Of a DNA stretch of 64,000 nucleotides, positions 38,569 to 51,067 are shown in pieces; the stretch's first letter is position 1, and the number at the start of each line of letters is the position of its first letter. The position numbers were made by a program, and so were the translations under genes. The notes under the pieces are model-generated. The model was not told where the DNA came from, did not search any database, and worked only from the letters and a program-made list of their open reading frames with translations. Origin of the DNA: Ramazzottius varieornatus (Eukaryota > Animalia > Tardigrada); the NCBI GenBank assembly GCA_001949185.1, contig BDGG01000017.1:434001-498000 (forward strand), in the 5' to 3' direction.

Positions 38569-40825
38569 CTGCAAAACAAAGTATGTTTCAAACTTGATTT
38601 AAGCATTGAGATCGACACTACTATGCGGAGGACCCTTCACTGCGATGCTGACAATGTTCGGTAGCTGGCAAAAAAACTTAGGACCTGAAGCGTGGGACCT
38701 GAACCCAACTGCAGAGGACAAAAGTGAATGTCCGTTTGCAGATGTCCATAAGGCTTACTATGATCGGCAAAGTCCTGTTGAACTAGATTCCAATCAAGGG
38801 CCGATTCCGCCGAAGTTTCGCATGCAAGTTTGGCCGGTCGTAACAGCGCGCTAATGCGTGCTCGTAAATCAGATTGGTCGGCCGAAGCGTACAGATCGTC
38901 ATTCTTTTGTGAGGCTGGGTTCTTAATTAAATGCACAGTTTCACAGCTCACCAAATTCATACGTCCAGTCATGTTTGTGGCGACTAAAGTTGGCGGAGCT
39001 CTCGTCGTCGTCTTGGCCGTCGGAGATGTTGCTGCTGCCACTTGTTGAGGTGCTCTTGTACATGGCGAAATGGAGGTGTACAGGTGGTGTGCAGGTACAG
39101 CGCGTGGTGTACACAAGAGCTCAAGATAGATTTAGCGCTATATTTAGCACTTTGGATAAAGAACAGCCTGTCAATATTGTCCGTTATGGCTAGACGTCGT
39201 CCATATCGCAGCCATCCCCGTCCATCAAGCTAATCTATCCACTTGATCCATTCCGGCCATCTGCAACACACTTCATCATCGCCGATAGCCACACTTGATG
39301 AGCAATGTGAACGACGTCTTTTTTCATTTGCCAACAAATGTTACAGTGTCCAGTGCAATGAGTGCTCGTGTTCAACTGTACCCACCGCGCAAGGTATGCA
39401 GGTGCGCGCTGCCACAATTGAATTCGAACATGGACACTTCACGAGGTGCTCTTGTACCTGTGTACTTTGCTTATCAGTAACGTAGGCCATAAAAACAGAA
39501 TCTAGTCAGCTCAAACATTTGTCATGCAGTTTTGTAACAAGGCCATGCGAACTTAGCGGATTACCTTTGTTCGGCAAGTGAAATGTCGAATATCCAGCAG
39601 ACCGCAGTCACCAAACACTGGTGAAGTTTGGTCGGGTGGAGCAGGGAGAATTTCAACGGAGAAGAAAACGGACCAGCTGTCAAACAATCAGTCTGAAGAC
39701 ACCCTTGTCGATATAACGCAAAGTTTAAAAGGGTAGCGTTGTCGTCAAAGAGAAGATGTGGACTTTCAGCGCTACCACTGTTGAGTAACGTTAAAGCCGC
39801 GTCAATATGGATGAGCAAGAGCTCAAGTTGTGCAGAGTGGCCTCACTCTGATCTGCAATCTCGATTGCGTAGGGATCGAGAGACAACAGTGGGGGAGAAC
39901 ACATCAACAGATCGATAGCAGCTGCAAACGAGCCCTTCTTCCAGACCATAAAACGCTTCCGTATTTGGGTAGTTACGCTCCCAGTAGGACCCAACGTTCT
40001 GATTTGATAAGCTGCTCCGCCTTTGTTTCTTCAGCGTTACATTGGAAAGTCAGTTTGTGCTCATCCCAGTGTAGTTAGTCTGGCAAAATGAGGCGCTAAC
40101 GGTGCAGCGCCAGACAGATGGCAACACTGGTGCACAGCACCAAAAAGATTCAAGTACCAATCGGGTTAAATTTTCATTAGCTGCTAGTGGTCACAATACT
40201 GCATTTGCCATTGATGTCACTTGAGTCTCACATTTACCGCCCTTGAAACCGTTTCTCTCAATTTGTTGCCTATTTTCCACATTAAAGCTACGTGCATCCA
40301 ACGAATGATCAGTTTCTCTGCCATGTTTCCTTCCCGCTTCGATGCACCCTTTTCGCTTCGGCATGACAGTCTTGTCGCTAGTTTGTCAATAGGACTGAAG
40401 GTTCGCTTCTCGCTGGTTGTTCCTCTAGTCAGTCGGTTAATTAACGAAATTTACCGCTATATTTAATCTGCCGCTGTATTTGGGCGGCTTAGTTAATTAG
40501 ACAGCGCACATCATGACGATAATTAGTCAGGACTAGTACCTTTATTTTGGGTAATTCAGGCTGGTTTGCTATTTCAGTGCCAGACTTCAGGGGTAAGGAC
40601 TTGCGTCACTGATCGGCATCCTTCCGGAATCTCGTTCTATACTTCCGCAATTAGACGAAAATTAAGCCAACATTGACCGATATGTGTCGGTAGACGTCGT
40701 TTGAGCTAGGTTAACGGTGAGCAGAGTCTTCGTCGTCGCAGCGCAAGATCTCAGCCTCAGTAAGTATTGCTCATATTCCACACGGGACACTTTTGTCTGG
40801 CTTTGCAAAAGACCAACTTGTCGGG

Positions 40826-41933
40826 ATGGCTGCGGTGCCGAACATTACGGGCAATGTCACGGCTGAAGTCAATGTCACTGTTGCCGGACCTCGTCTTGGT
40901 GGTGAGACTTTTGTCTTTGCTGCGCGGCACATCATTATTATCATTGGGTCGGTGGGCAACCTCTGTCTCTTGATGGCCGCTTGGAAAGAGCGCATTTCCA
41001 GAACCGGTACTCGCATCCTGCTAATCAACATGGCCACCGCCGCTTTTCTACGGCAAGCTTTTGTCCAAAGCGGTGTCTTGGTCTTCACGTACAAGCATAT
41101 CGCCAACTCTTGTCCCTTCTACGCTTTCGGCAATGTTGTGGTGGCCGTGGCCAACTGGGCGGAACTGGCCCTGTCCATCAACCGAGTCTTTGCCGTCTCA
41201 TACCCACATCTCTACAAGCGCATATCGGCTATTGGGGTCAGTTTGTGGGTCTGTGCCGTCACCTGGATGGTGGGCATAATCATCACTGTCCTACTGGGCT
41301 TAGGAGGTGGCTCGCAGTACAAAGAGATGCATAGTGGTACTTGTGTGCCCGTCATCAAGAACGGCTTTGGCAATTTCTTGACTGTAGCCATGACCTTATT
41401 GCCTATCTCCCTCTCCGGATTGGCCATCGTCAGGATTTTATCCACATTTGTAAAGAAAAGGCGAGCGCGACATCGTGCGGTATCGGTTAACCCACAACAG
41501 CGACGCGTATCTTTGAGGACTTTGGCCCTTGCCAGAACCATGGTTGTCTCCTTTAGCTGGTGCTTTGTATCTGTCGTACCATGGCTGGTTATTTTGAACC
41601 TGTTCCCCAAGTTTCCCGTCACTCACCCGCTGGCCACCGAAGCTCTTCGCTTATTGGCCGCTGCTGAATACACCGTCAACCCTGTAAGTCAACTTAGTAT
41701 GTCAGACCGGTGTCGGAATCAGTCTGCATGATAGAATTTCCTTGCAGTACATATTCTTGGTTTTTTACCATCGACATTGGATCGATCTGCGGAAAGTTTG
41801 GTCGTTCTGGAGGACCGCCAACCGGCAAGCTCAACCAGCGCTAGCCTCGTCGGTTACGTCCCCTCCACAACAGTTGGCATCTTTGCCTGTGGACTATGCT
41901 GCGCTGAATAGACAATTAGCTGCCAAGTTTTGA
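40826..41933 (+). CDS. Orphan rhodopsin-like (class A) GPCR
   Basis: N-terminal NxT sites, GN in TM1, SINRVFAV in TM3, seven hydrophobic segments, VNP|YIF split by intron 41684-41747. Confidence 0.85.
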
Positions 41934-42073
41934 CCGAACATGTCCGTCTTTGTCTTTACTTTATTGAGGCTCCTCCATCTGCACATTCCTCTATAGTTTC
42001 TCACAATACTGTGCGCCTAACCTCAATACTATTGATACAAGAGATCCCCAGTTCAGCTGACAACGTCACAGTA

Positions 42074-44219
42074 CTAAACAGCGGAACCTTGGTTCTGAGT
42101 GAACTGCTTGTCACGAAGCAGCGTCTCCCTCCTGATATGGATAGGACTGTTCGATGTGGATAATGCCGGCACGGTATTGGATCGTTGCAGTCCGCTGCTG
42201 CAGGGTCGGTACAGCCTAGGGCCGCTGCGCTTGAGAACCTCTTCCAGCATAGGCGTGTCCTTCTCTGCAGCTGGTGTCACTGCCACCTGACCAGGAGTTA
42301 CCAGTCCCCGCGCTCTCACCCCGCTGGACAGATCCGCCATCTCCATTCCATCTTCCTCTCCTCTCGACGAACCACTCATTCCAAATGTGGCGCTCCTCAC
42401 CAAATTCCCCGTTCGCTGCAGGAGAAACTTACCAAAGTCTTGTGGCCTCTTGGCTGTCGTTGATTGCTGACTTTGTAGCATGATTTCAGAGTAACTGGGC
42501 GGTAAAAGGTCATTGGCAGGCAGGTGACTTCCGTCCCAGTTGGATTCCCGCTCGTCCATGCCGAAGACTTTCAAGACATTGTAACGTAAGCTGGCCGTTC
42601 TCATCGACAGAAAGACACGTAGTGGAGCAGCCAGAAGAAGGATAACGGCTAGGGCAAAGGTGCCTTTGCGCCGCCACCAGGGGGCGCTGTCAAGGTCACG
42701 AACAACGATGAGCGACTCGGGGAACTCGACGTCCATCAAATTCATCCCTTCCCGCATTTCTAGATAGTCGTCGCGGGATTGATGCGACTGGAAGAAGGCC
42801 TTACGTTGGTCTTCAAAGTCTTTGGCGGCGGTCTGGGTAAAGAAGAGGAAAGACTTGCTGAAGTCAATCTTGGTCAGCGGCGAGGTGTGGAGACCTTCCA
42901 GGAGGCCGGAGACGTCGCGGAAGCCGGCGGAAAGATAATTGTAGTGCTGGGTGGCCGTCTGGGAAATGATACGTTGATAAGTGACGTTGGAGACTGAGCG
43001 CGGATGGCCGGGAGCTGAGCTTTGTCGGCAAGGAAAGACAACGTAGTGGTACTGCAAAGTCAACAGGATTATCCGAATCATAGCCGATAAAGGGACCGAC
43101 AAAGACTCGTCCCAGCTTTTTGACAGGAAAGATTTGACACTAAAAGCTTGCACTTGATCGCTGCTGTAAGCGAATTTAATCGTAACGATTTTTTCAACAA
43201 AACGATAAGTTTTTCGTGAGAATCGGCCACAAAACTACTTTGTAAAATTTCCAGGTGGAATTACTCTGGTCCGAAATACTGTATGACGTGTGTGATTGAA
43301 TATTTTAAGACTTGACGGTTAAGTTTGTTTAGGTTTCTGTTGGGTGATTGCTTTTACTTACACAGGAAACTCTCCACCAGACGATGGGGAGGGCGCGTTT
43401 CATCTTATCGATCAGGTTGATGGTGGAGGGAATACTGATGGTAATGAGCTCTTCTTGCTTGGTGTAGTATTGCCAGTTCTCCATCAAATAGCTGATGTAC
43501 AATAGGCTGGCAAAGATAATTGGCACCACCAGATACGTCTGTAATCCAAAGGCAACTGATTATTCCCACTTGCTGCACAAACTGCAGTCCATTCAACCAC
43601 GAATGCGGAACGAGCACGCCTGCATGCACACTCGTTCAACGCACACTCGTTCTACACACACTCGTTCTTGGTAGTGTACGTTGTACAATACCAAGAACTC
43701 GGCTTGAGCTATACCTGACATTGGCTCATCTCATCCAGCGGCCCATGAACGTAGCTGCGACCGTAAGTAGCATCGTGCGCTTTTTCGGTCGTCGTTGAAA
43801 GCTGACACCAGGCCATGAATACCAGAAAACCTGAGGGAATAAGAAAGCCATTATCCCAAATGATTATGTATGCGCTGTGCTACTTGACGAGTTGATACTG
43901 GCGTCACGAAGTCGAATGCCATTTGACCAAGCTGAATTATCAAAGCCGATATATATATACCGTAGATCAATAAGGTAAGGAAGATTGTGCGATAGTTTCC
44001 TGTTTCGAGCATTGCTGTCATCAAGCGCTTCTTCTTTGGCCGCACCTAAACCATGGACATGTTTTGGTCAGCCGACGAACCACGAACGTTACCGGTCAAG
44101 CATGGTACGGGTAAAGGAGGTGTACTGACCAGTTGCGGTTGCAAGGTGCTGGCGGGAAGGGGGTATGCGGTGGGATCAAGAGGCGAAGTCTGACAAGTAG
44201 CGGAGCTGACACGGGCCAT
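42074..44219 (-). CDS. TMEM151: TMEM151 family membrane protein
   Basis: Spliced motifs VRPKKK..LTLLIYG|FLVFMAWCQ, VPIIFASLLYISYLMENW, PIVWWRVSC|YHY, F.FTQ.A..DFEDQR..FF...RDDYLEMREGMNL.DVEF.E, PPSYSE. The start exon is tentative. Confidence 0.85.
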
Positions 44220-46669
44220 AATGGATCAATATTTGCCACACATCCTCTTTATTCATCAGCAAACATCCGCTCCATCCATCGCCACTGATCTATCAACCGA
44301 TAAACAAAGGAAAACACGACCCTTTCTCCCACTTTCTCATCGCCTTGTTATAAGTCTGTCTTCCAGGCCAGTTTTCTCAATGGCGATCAATAATTTCAGA
44401 ACCCCTTCAAAAACATGCCAATGAATTATTCAGTTTCACAGCATGCTGCCCACCGCAGGAGGAAGTTATGCGGTAGCAGTGCAGCAAACAGTGCTGCCAG
44501 GGAAAAGAGCAGCGACCTAGTCGTATCCGTTCCTTACAAATTTAGCGGAAGTGAGCCAAGGGTGAAATGATGTTGCGGGTCGCTGGTGGTGGTTACGCCA
44601 GTCAGCGGAAGAAGAATGCGATAAATTCTCACTGGCTCCGTACACTTGAAAGGGAACATGCTGGAGAGGAGCTCGGGCAGATAGCGCCTTTGGCCGGCTT
44701 TTGAGGAAGTACAGTGTACATGGTGTGGGTTGGGGGGTGCGCAGGCAAAGAGGATAAGTGAGTGCTTGTTTGCCGTGGAGGGCGGATACACAGCTTCGTT
44801 GAAGAAGCCGATCACGTACTGAAGTGCCGAACGGCCCTAGCCTCTTTCTGTCACCGAGAGGGACCTCCGGAGAGTCCTTAGACGCTTGGCTGTCAGTACG
44901 AAGGGCAGGAATTTGAATTAAAACCATGTAGGAGAAAATCAGATGAAGGAGCTGGAGGGAAGGGCAGGCCGGAGGAAGAAGATGACAGTACTTGATTAGA
45001 TCATCAGATCGATTGGCACAAAGTGCAGCCATTACAAGCCCCGACAACACTCCGTAAACAAAGAATCCTCCGTGCCGTAGCATGTACAAGCTAAGTGCAA
45101 AAAAGGCAGTAGAGCTAGAGGAAAAGCCAGCTCTTGGCAATTACATGGCAGGATTTCGCCAGGCATGTCGTTCATCATTGATGGAGAAGCAGACGCATTA
45201 ATCTCAGCCTGGGTACTCGTCATCTGACTTTTGCGTAATTTGTGGAGGGTTTGATGGACCATCGTAGTCGAGTGCGATCAGTTTGTGGCGCCCACAGCGC
45301 TTTCTTACAAATGTCCGACAAAGAATGGAGCTGCTTGCGCCTTTGAAGGTCTAATATGCTACGTACTAAGGTTGCTCAAACTACGGAAACTGTGTACCGT
45401 CATCGGGTTCTACAAAAAGTGTCGAGCCCCAGCTGCGGAAACGAGATTTTTTTACAAAACACTGTTTCATTAAAACAGATAGATAGTTCAGTTTTTAGTT
45501 GAACTCGTAACGATAAGATGTTACACCTGCAATTAAAAAATATGTTGTTCAAGCCCCAGACCTTTGATTAAACGGTGAAACCACCTAACGGGACGCCCAA
45601 GCTAGCAGGAACCAGGTTAATAACGATGAGTCTTACCGGTTCCTTCGGGTTACATTTCGGTCAAACTCGGGTTCGTGCAATCGTAATCAGGCCAAACGAA
45701 GCGAGGCCCGTAGCAAGTCCCATAAAGTCCCGTGTTTCTTCAAGACGAACCGACTTTCAACAATCGCGAAAACAGTACTAAAATAACTTGCGCCATCTGA
45801 TCGATAATCGGTTCGAAAAGGATTGGCGAATCTCTAGCCCTACTGAGCCCGCAAGGGGAACGTGATTTGGGCATAGAAAGAAATTTGTCCCTCCAAAACG
45901 CAAACTGCTTTGGAAAACCTTAGCAGGCTTAGATTATTGTTTCTCCCAGCTTCGAATTCTCCTCCTGTCCAACAGTGTGTTCAAAGTTCTGAAAGTCGTT
46001 GCCGTTTATTACTGGTGTAACAACAGTCCTCCTCACGACCGGCTGTAGAAGTTGGTGCATTGTGTTGATTTAGAAAGTGGATTACCAAATTTCGGTTCTG
46101 ATAAGCAGCCTTCGAGCAGCTTATTTAAAAAGCGAAACCAGATTATTTCCTGCACACTTGACTTGAAATTTCCAATTTTCATTTCTCTCTTGATTTCCGT
46201 TCCCTCTGTGACTTACATAGCGGGATACCTGTTCTTGGTCGGGTTTCTTCATACACACAGTATCATCCCTAAGGATATCGGGGATAGAGATTAGCCAGAA
46301 AAAAAAGTCCGGAGTTTCAGTCCTGTCACGAAGCTCGAGATAAACAGCCCGTCGTACGTCGTGAGGAGAACTAACGCCAGCATCAGACGCGCGCATTCTT
46401 TTCCAGCCAGACCGCTTACACTGTCGGCTTCCACCAGCAGAACCACTTTGCAAGCTAGTGTAGCAAATCCAAAAGCAAAACACCTTCTCCAAAGACCATA
46501 TTCCCATTAACACTGCAAAGTGGCCACTGTGTCGCGGTACGGTTTATGCTAGATGGACCAATGTCTGTACAAGTTATTGACCCTTCTTGACGGTTCAGAA
46601 TATGATTGGAATCAATTTTAGACTCGCTCAAATCTCAAAGCAAAGGTGGGATGGAAAGTGCGAGGTCTG

Positions 46670-48221
46670 TTATGAAGTACCGCAGGTGCAGTTGGGCACT
46701 GCACTTGACCCCTGGCTTTTTTTGTCCTCCTCTTCCTTTCCCATAATTTCTTTGATCAGAACCGTCATGGATACTGCCAAACTGAACGTCTGCAAAAGAC
46801 CAGCATTTAGTTGAACCTCTGAAGTACCACCGCAAACAGTATCCAAAGGAAGTCGAAACGCATCATACCCCAATGACAAAGCCCCGAGTGTACTCAAAGA
46901 GCTCCGCTCCATCAATAACGCACACACGAACCCGAATAGATTCTGTCAGCTCCACCAGCTCCTGGGTGATTTCTCGGTAATAAGGCGTCTGGAAAAAACA
47001 TACCAGAAAGATGACAGCCAGTTACCGATCCTACTGTGAGTGCTCGTACCTGTTTCGCCTCTTGGGCTTTCTGTTTGATGATAAAGGTTAGCTCGTGAAG
47101 CTTTGACGACAACGCGGTGCTCTGGAAAGTTTATTCGTCAAGTGATCGTACGTAAAATGACTTTCGGATCGGGTTACTTTCGGAGTAAGTGCCTTGGTGC
47201 ATGTGGGACTCACTTGTTCGTGAACTTGGATAAAGGGAAGAGCGAACACCGTGCAGTAGCTGCTAAAGGTTAGTACGCCGACAAAGTCTCGAATCATTTC
47301 CAATATTGACACGGTGTCCGAAACCACCGTGATATGACTAGCAATGCGAGACATAAAGCCGACCAAGGTGACAAAGTCCAAACAGTAGACGCAAAAGAGG
47401 ATCCAGCTGAAGACCTCATTGAGCTTAGAGCAGAAATGCAACATAAGCATATGGGCTCGTCGCCATCTGCTCAATGTATCTTCTAACATTGCAGGATTTA
47501 TGCTTCCCATGTCGGCTTTCACCTGCTCGGTGAACCTCTGGATATCTTCGAGGAAGGACTGTGTAGTATTGAGCAAGCATTTCGCGAATAGCGTGGAGCA
47601 CAAGTAAACTTGCTGAGAAAGGAAGAATGGAACATGCATAAACAGCAAATAGTACAATAGATACTGCCAGTAAATTAGATTTGGTGGAAACACCGTGTGG
47701 GTGTTATCAGTCAGGTCCAACTTGTACTTAAATACATGTGGTGCACCCTCCGAAACAAGCCAAGCGGCGCACAATAGTGAGGTTAAAACAAACCCCCATT
47801 GCGAAGCTGCCTTATAGCGCCGCGTTGCTGCTTTCCTTGGAGATATGTTTTCAAGTTCAAGGGCGTTGGAAAACAGTTCAGATAAGAGCCGACGTTTGGA
47901 GCGGAAGATGATCAGAACGACAAAGCAACGGACGTTACTGGACACCGAAGGGACCATTTCCAGCGTCCACATCACCTTATTCTTGGCCCCAGTCGTAGAT
48001 GGGTCTGGCGCAACAAGTCCACTCATCAATACCACCAGGGAAATCAGTATTTGGAATACTTGTCCGACACATAGGATTAACCCAACGACGGAGACGATGG
48101 CTTGCAGTATTTTCCATTGTAACCCCAGTTTCTTGGGCCGCCTCGAGTCGTCTCCGAGATTCGGGAAGCGCAATGGCATAAACCCTGTGGCCTTAAGGAG
48201 GGTAGACTGAACGGGGAACAT
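46670..48221 (-). CDS. Gustatory receptor-like (7tm chemoreceptor)
   Basis: Long multi-TM exon 1 (48221-47214) and three short 3' exons (SSKLHEL..; TPYY..IDGAELFEYTRGFVIG; TFSLAVSMTVLIKE), the typical GR exon layout. Confidence 0.8.
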
Positions 48222-49519
48222 GGCCGAAATCCACGAATTCAGCTCAGCCGGGAAAGCGCTCTAAAATTCAGAATTGGTAACCTTTGCATACTAAGGAGTC
48301 ACCGAATCGCACAAGTAGACCGTCTGTGCTGAACTCGAATGATGCGGAGGGAGCAAGCCACTGTACTGTGTTTGCATTGTCTGATACCAATGAAGCTGCT
48401 GACCTTGACATGTACAGAAGGTAGGATGGGTGGTAGTAGCGTATTATACTCGAGCAAGAAATGTGACAACGGGGGGGGGGGGGGAGAAGATCCGTCGAGT
48501 ATTCGCCAGCCAGCCATTCGGCATGCAGCTATACTGTCCAACTAGTCGAAATCAATGGACGACACCGGCCAGTCTACAACCTCCTACCTGGCCAAACAGT
48601 CTGAACGGATCCTTTTCGGGTTCTGATCAGTTACCAATCGGTACCTTCAGCTCGAAAACGAAGGTCGTCAAGTCAGAACTCGACTGCCTTTGGTTACATG
48701 CGTTCCCGAGAATGTTTCCCGCACAGTGCTTTCTGCTTCAAGCAGTCGGCTTTTTCCTACTGCCTGACCCTCAAAAGTGCAAAGGCAAATCTTCCAATCA
48801 TCCGAAGACATGTTAGGATCTTGTCCAGATGGTTGCACAGGCTGTAGCCCTTGTACTGTGTTTCGGCCAGGTTTTCAGCCTTCTTGTTTCTCTGACCATT
48901 TTGGTCAATGGACTTATCCACCCCGTCCCAGATCTGCCGGGTTCGAAGAACAAGCGAATTTGGACTTTGGAAATGGTACCATCCGTATCAAGCAACCTCC
49001 GCTGCTTGCTCGTTCTGCTTCTGTTCCGTATGAAGCACAAACATCGAAACGAGCTCGGTATGGTAGTGGCAGAGCTCGACAGCCAAATCTGAGAGGAGAT
49101 ACCGAACAGACTCTTTCCTGTACTGGGTAATGACACTACTCCTTGGTTTTCTCTGGATCACTGGCGAGTTCGAATTTGAGTTATATCGCACGAATTTTGA
49201 CATTTTTGGCGACGACGGACAACCTTTTCCCCCTCACATTCACTGCTAGCAAATGGCGGTCATGTTCCTACTTTTGCAACATTTGCCATTTTTCCTCTCA
49301 CAACAAGTTTATCTCTATGCTCTACTTTGCACTACGCGATTATGTGACACGATAAAGGCGTTTCTGGACGAGGCCCAGGAGACGACGAAAATCACACGAG
49401 GTCATGCCTACGGACGTTTCTTCCATTAGAGCTCTGCACTGTCCTGTCGCTTACACCAGCTGACCTTTAGGGTCCGACAGTACACGGAGGAAAAACAGGT
49501 AACTTGGTCAGTAACGGTA

Positions 49520-50412
49520 CACAAACGATGGGTAATTATGGGACAGTACAAATGGGTATTGTCAAATTAGAATGCTGAATCATACGGAAATTCGGAAAAC
49601 AGCTTTTCTTAGTTTATCATGTAGAGAAAAAAAGCTGCATCGGATCTGAGAATGCCGCAAAAGGCCGCACACATTGAAGCTGGCAAAAAAACTTTGAAAG
49701 TTTGGCGCCCCTGGGACGAAGAAAACCCCCTGGATGATACTGTTTTTCCCCAGAAATATGCAAATGCCCAGAATTTTGATTTTCATTTATTAAGAACTGC
49801 AGCGGCTCGAGTGTTCTTGGCTGTCACATTAAATGCAATGAGCGGCACAGCCTATGCACATTCAACCCGTCTCAACTATAAGTTGCCCAACAAGGAAGTG
49901 AGAACGAGATAAGCCAGACTAAGCTAAGCTAAACAGAGACAGACAGCCAAAGTATTGTATAATTACGGCATGAACGTGCAATTACATTTTCAAACGTTTC
50001 TGCAGTTCTAATGTTCAGTTTGAAAGCCTACTTTGGTTATATTTTAGAATATTGCGTTTCCGAAATCTCCTTTCAACCCTTGGTTCCCGCGTCCGTCTCA
50101 TAAGTCTGACGATATTTCTGTAACGCACGATAGAAAGCTCTTGAGTTGCTCTATCGTATCATACAAAAGCCCTCGGATCGCCTCAGGTGCCAAAACACAA
50201 AAAAGTCGATTCCTGAACAGTTGGGATAAATTCGTGATTAAGCATTCTAATTTGACAGTACCCAAATTATGGGCCAGACGGAAAGGACGGCAAAATGGAA
50301 ATTCAACCGTAAAAAAGTGACGAAAAGTGTGAATTGGTCGCGTACGTACGTGCTTCCGTACCGCCGTAGTGAAGAGGCATGTCCCACAAAATTTACTGTC
50401 TCATCGCGCGTG
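49520..50412. mobile_element. MITE family A (copy 2), interrupted by a nested element
   Basis: TA-CACAAACGATGGGTAATTATGGGACAG ... CATCGCGCGTG-TA. Confidence 0.85.
49554..50263. mobile_element. Non-autonomous DNA transposon (710 bp), GGG termini, 4-bp TSD (Sola-like?)
   Basis: ~28-bp TIR GGGTA(T/C)TGTCAAATTAGAATGCT.AATCA with AAAT duplicated on both sides. Removing it restores alignment to the MITE copy at 62147. Confidence 0.8.
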
Positions 50413-50929
50413 TATATATGATGGGTTTTTTTATCATGACGGTGGAGGTGCGAGCCGCCCAGGATGCGGTTGGCCTCTCGGGGAAAAATGATGCAGTATC
50501 GTGGTTTGTATTGCAGACTTTGCAGCATCAGCAGCTCATCCAGGAGCTGGAGGCTTTTATGGAATGCACTCGCATCCGTGTTTGCACATTAAACGGAGCC
50601 GAGCTGTTTGAGTATACCAGAGCTTTGTCATCGGCGTAAGTCAACAAAGACCGCTCAGACCGCTCCGACCTTATCGCTGTAACGCCTTCCTGGAAAACAC
50701 GTAACCTTGAAAAATACTTGTGTAGACGGTCAGCCTGGCCATATCCATGACGGTTTCGATCAAGGAGATTGTCGGCAAAGAAAATGAAGAGAAGCAACTA
50801 AACGGACCATGAGGAACATCCAAATATACTTGCGGCATCTCCTGACCATGCTGTAGTTAAGTTCGCTTCAAAGAACAAAAGTCAACGAGAAGTCATACAA
50901 GATAGACTATACTGACTGAACACAAACTA

Positions 50930-51067
50930 CAGTATTGAAAGTGCATCCCTTCCGGTGCAAAGTTTGGATTAGCTCAATGGTTCATAGGTAAGATACATGT
51001 GCTGTAGTCTTGTAGACGCAACTGTAAATCAAAAAATTGCACCGGGAGGGATGTACTTTCAACACTG
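50930..51067. mobile_element. Tc1-like MITE (138 bp)
   Basis: TIR CAGT(A/G)TTGAAAGT.CATCCCT.CCGGTGCAA, TA TSD. Confidence 0.85.

Larger units (their letters stand above)
48712..50812 (+). pseudogene. Gustatory receptor pseudogene, inverted paralog of 46670-48221
   Basis: MFPAQCFLL.., KNKRIWTLEMVPSVSSNLRC, RIRVCTLNGAELFEYTR and TVSLAISMTVSIKEI match the intact copy. Frameshifts, a stop at 49090-49092, and a MITE insertion. Confidence 0.85.

Noticed and set aside
39561-39818. Candidate first exon of the CDR2-like gene
   Set aside because: A donor is present, but the phase-compatible frame hits a stop before any ATG; unresolved.
43626-43668. 3x CACACTCGTTC repeat in a TMEM151 intron
   Set aside because: Simple minisatellite.
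44517-45262. 207-aa and neighbouring minus-strand ORFs
   Set aside because: No domain similarity recognised and no coherent exon chain.
49652-49912. ORF containing WRPW inside the nested element
   Set aside because: The motif is internal rather than C-terminal and there are no transposase motifs; likely chance.
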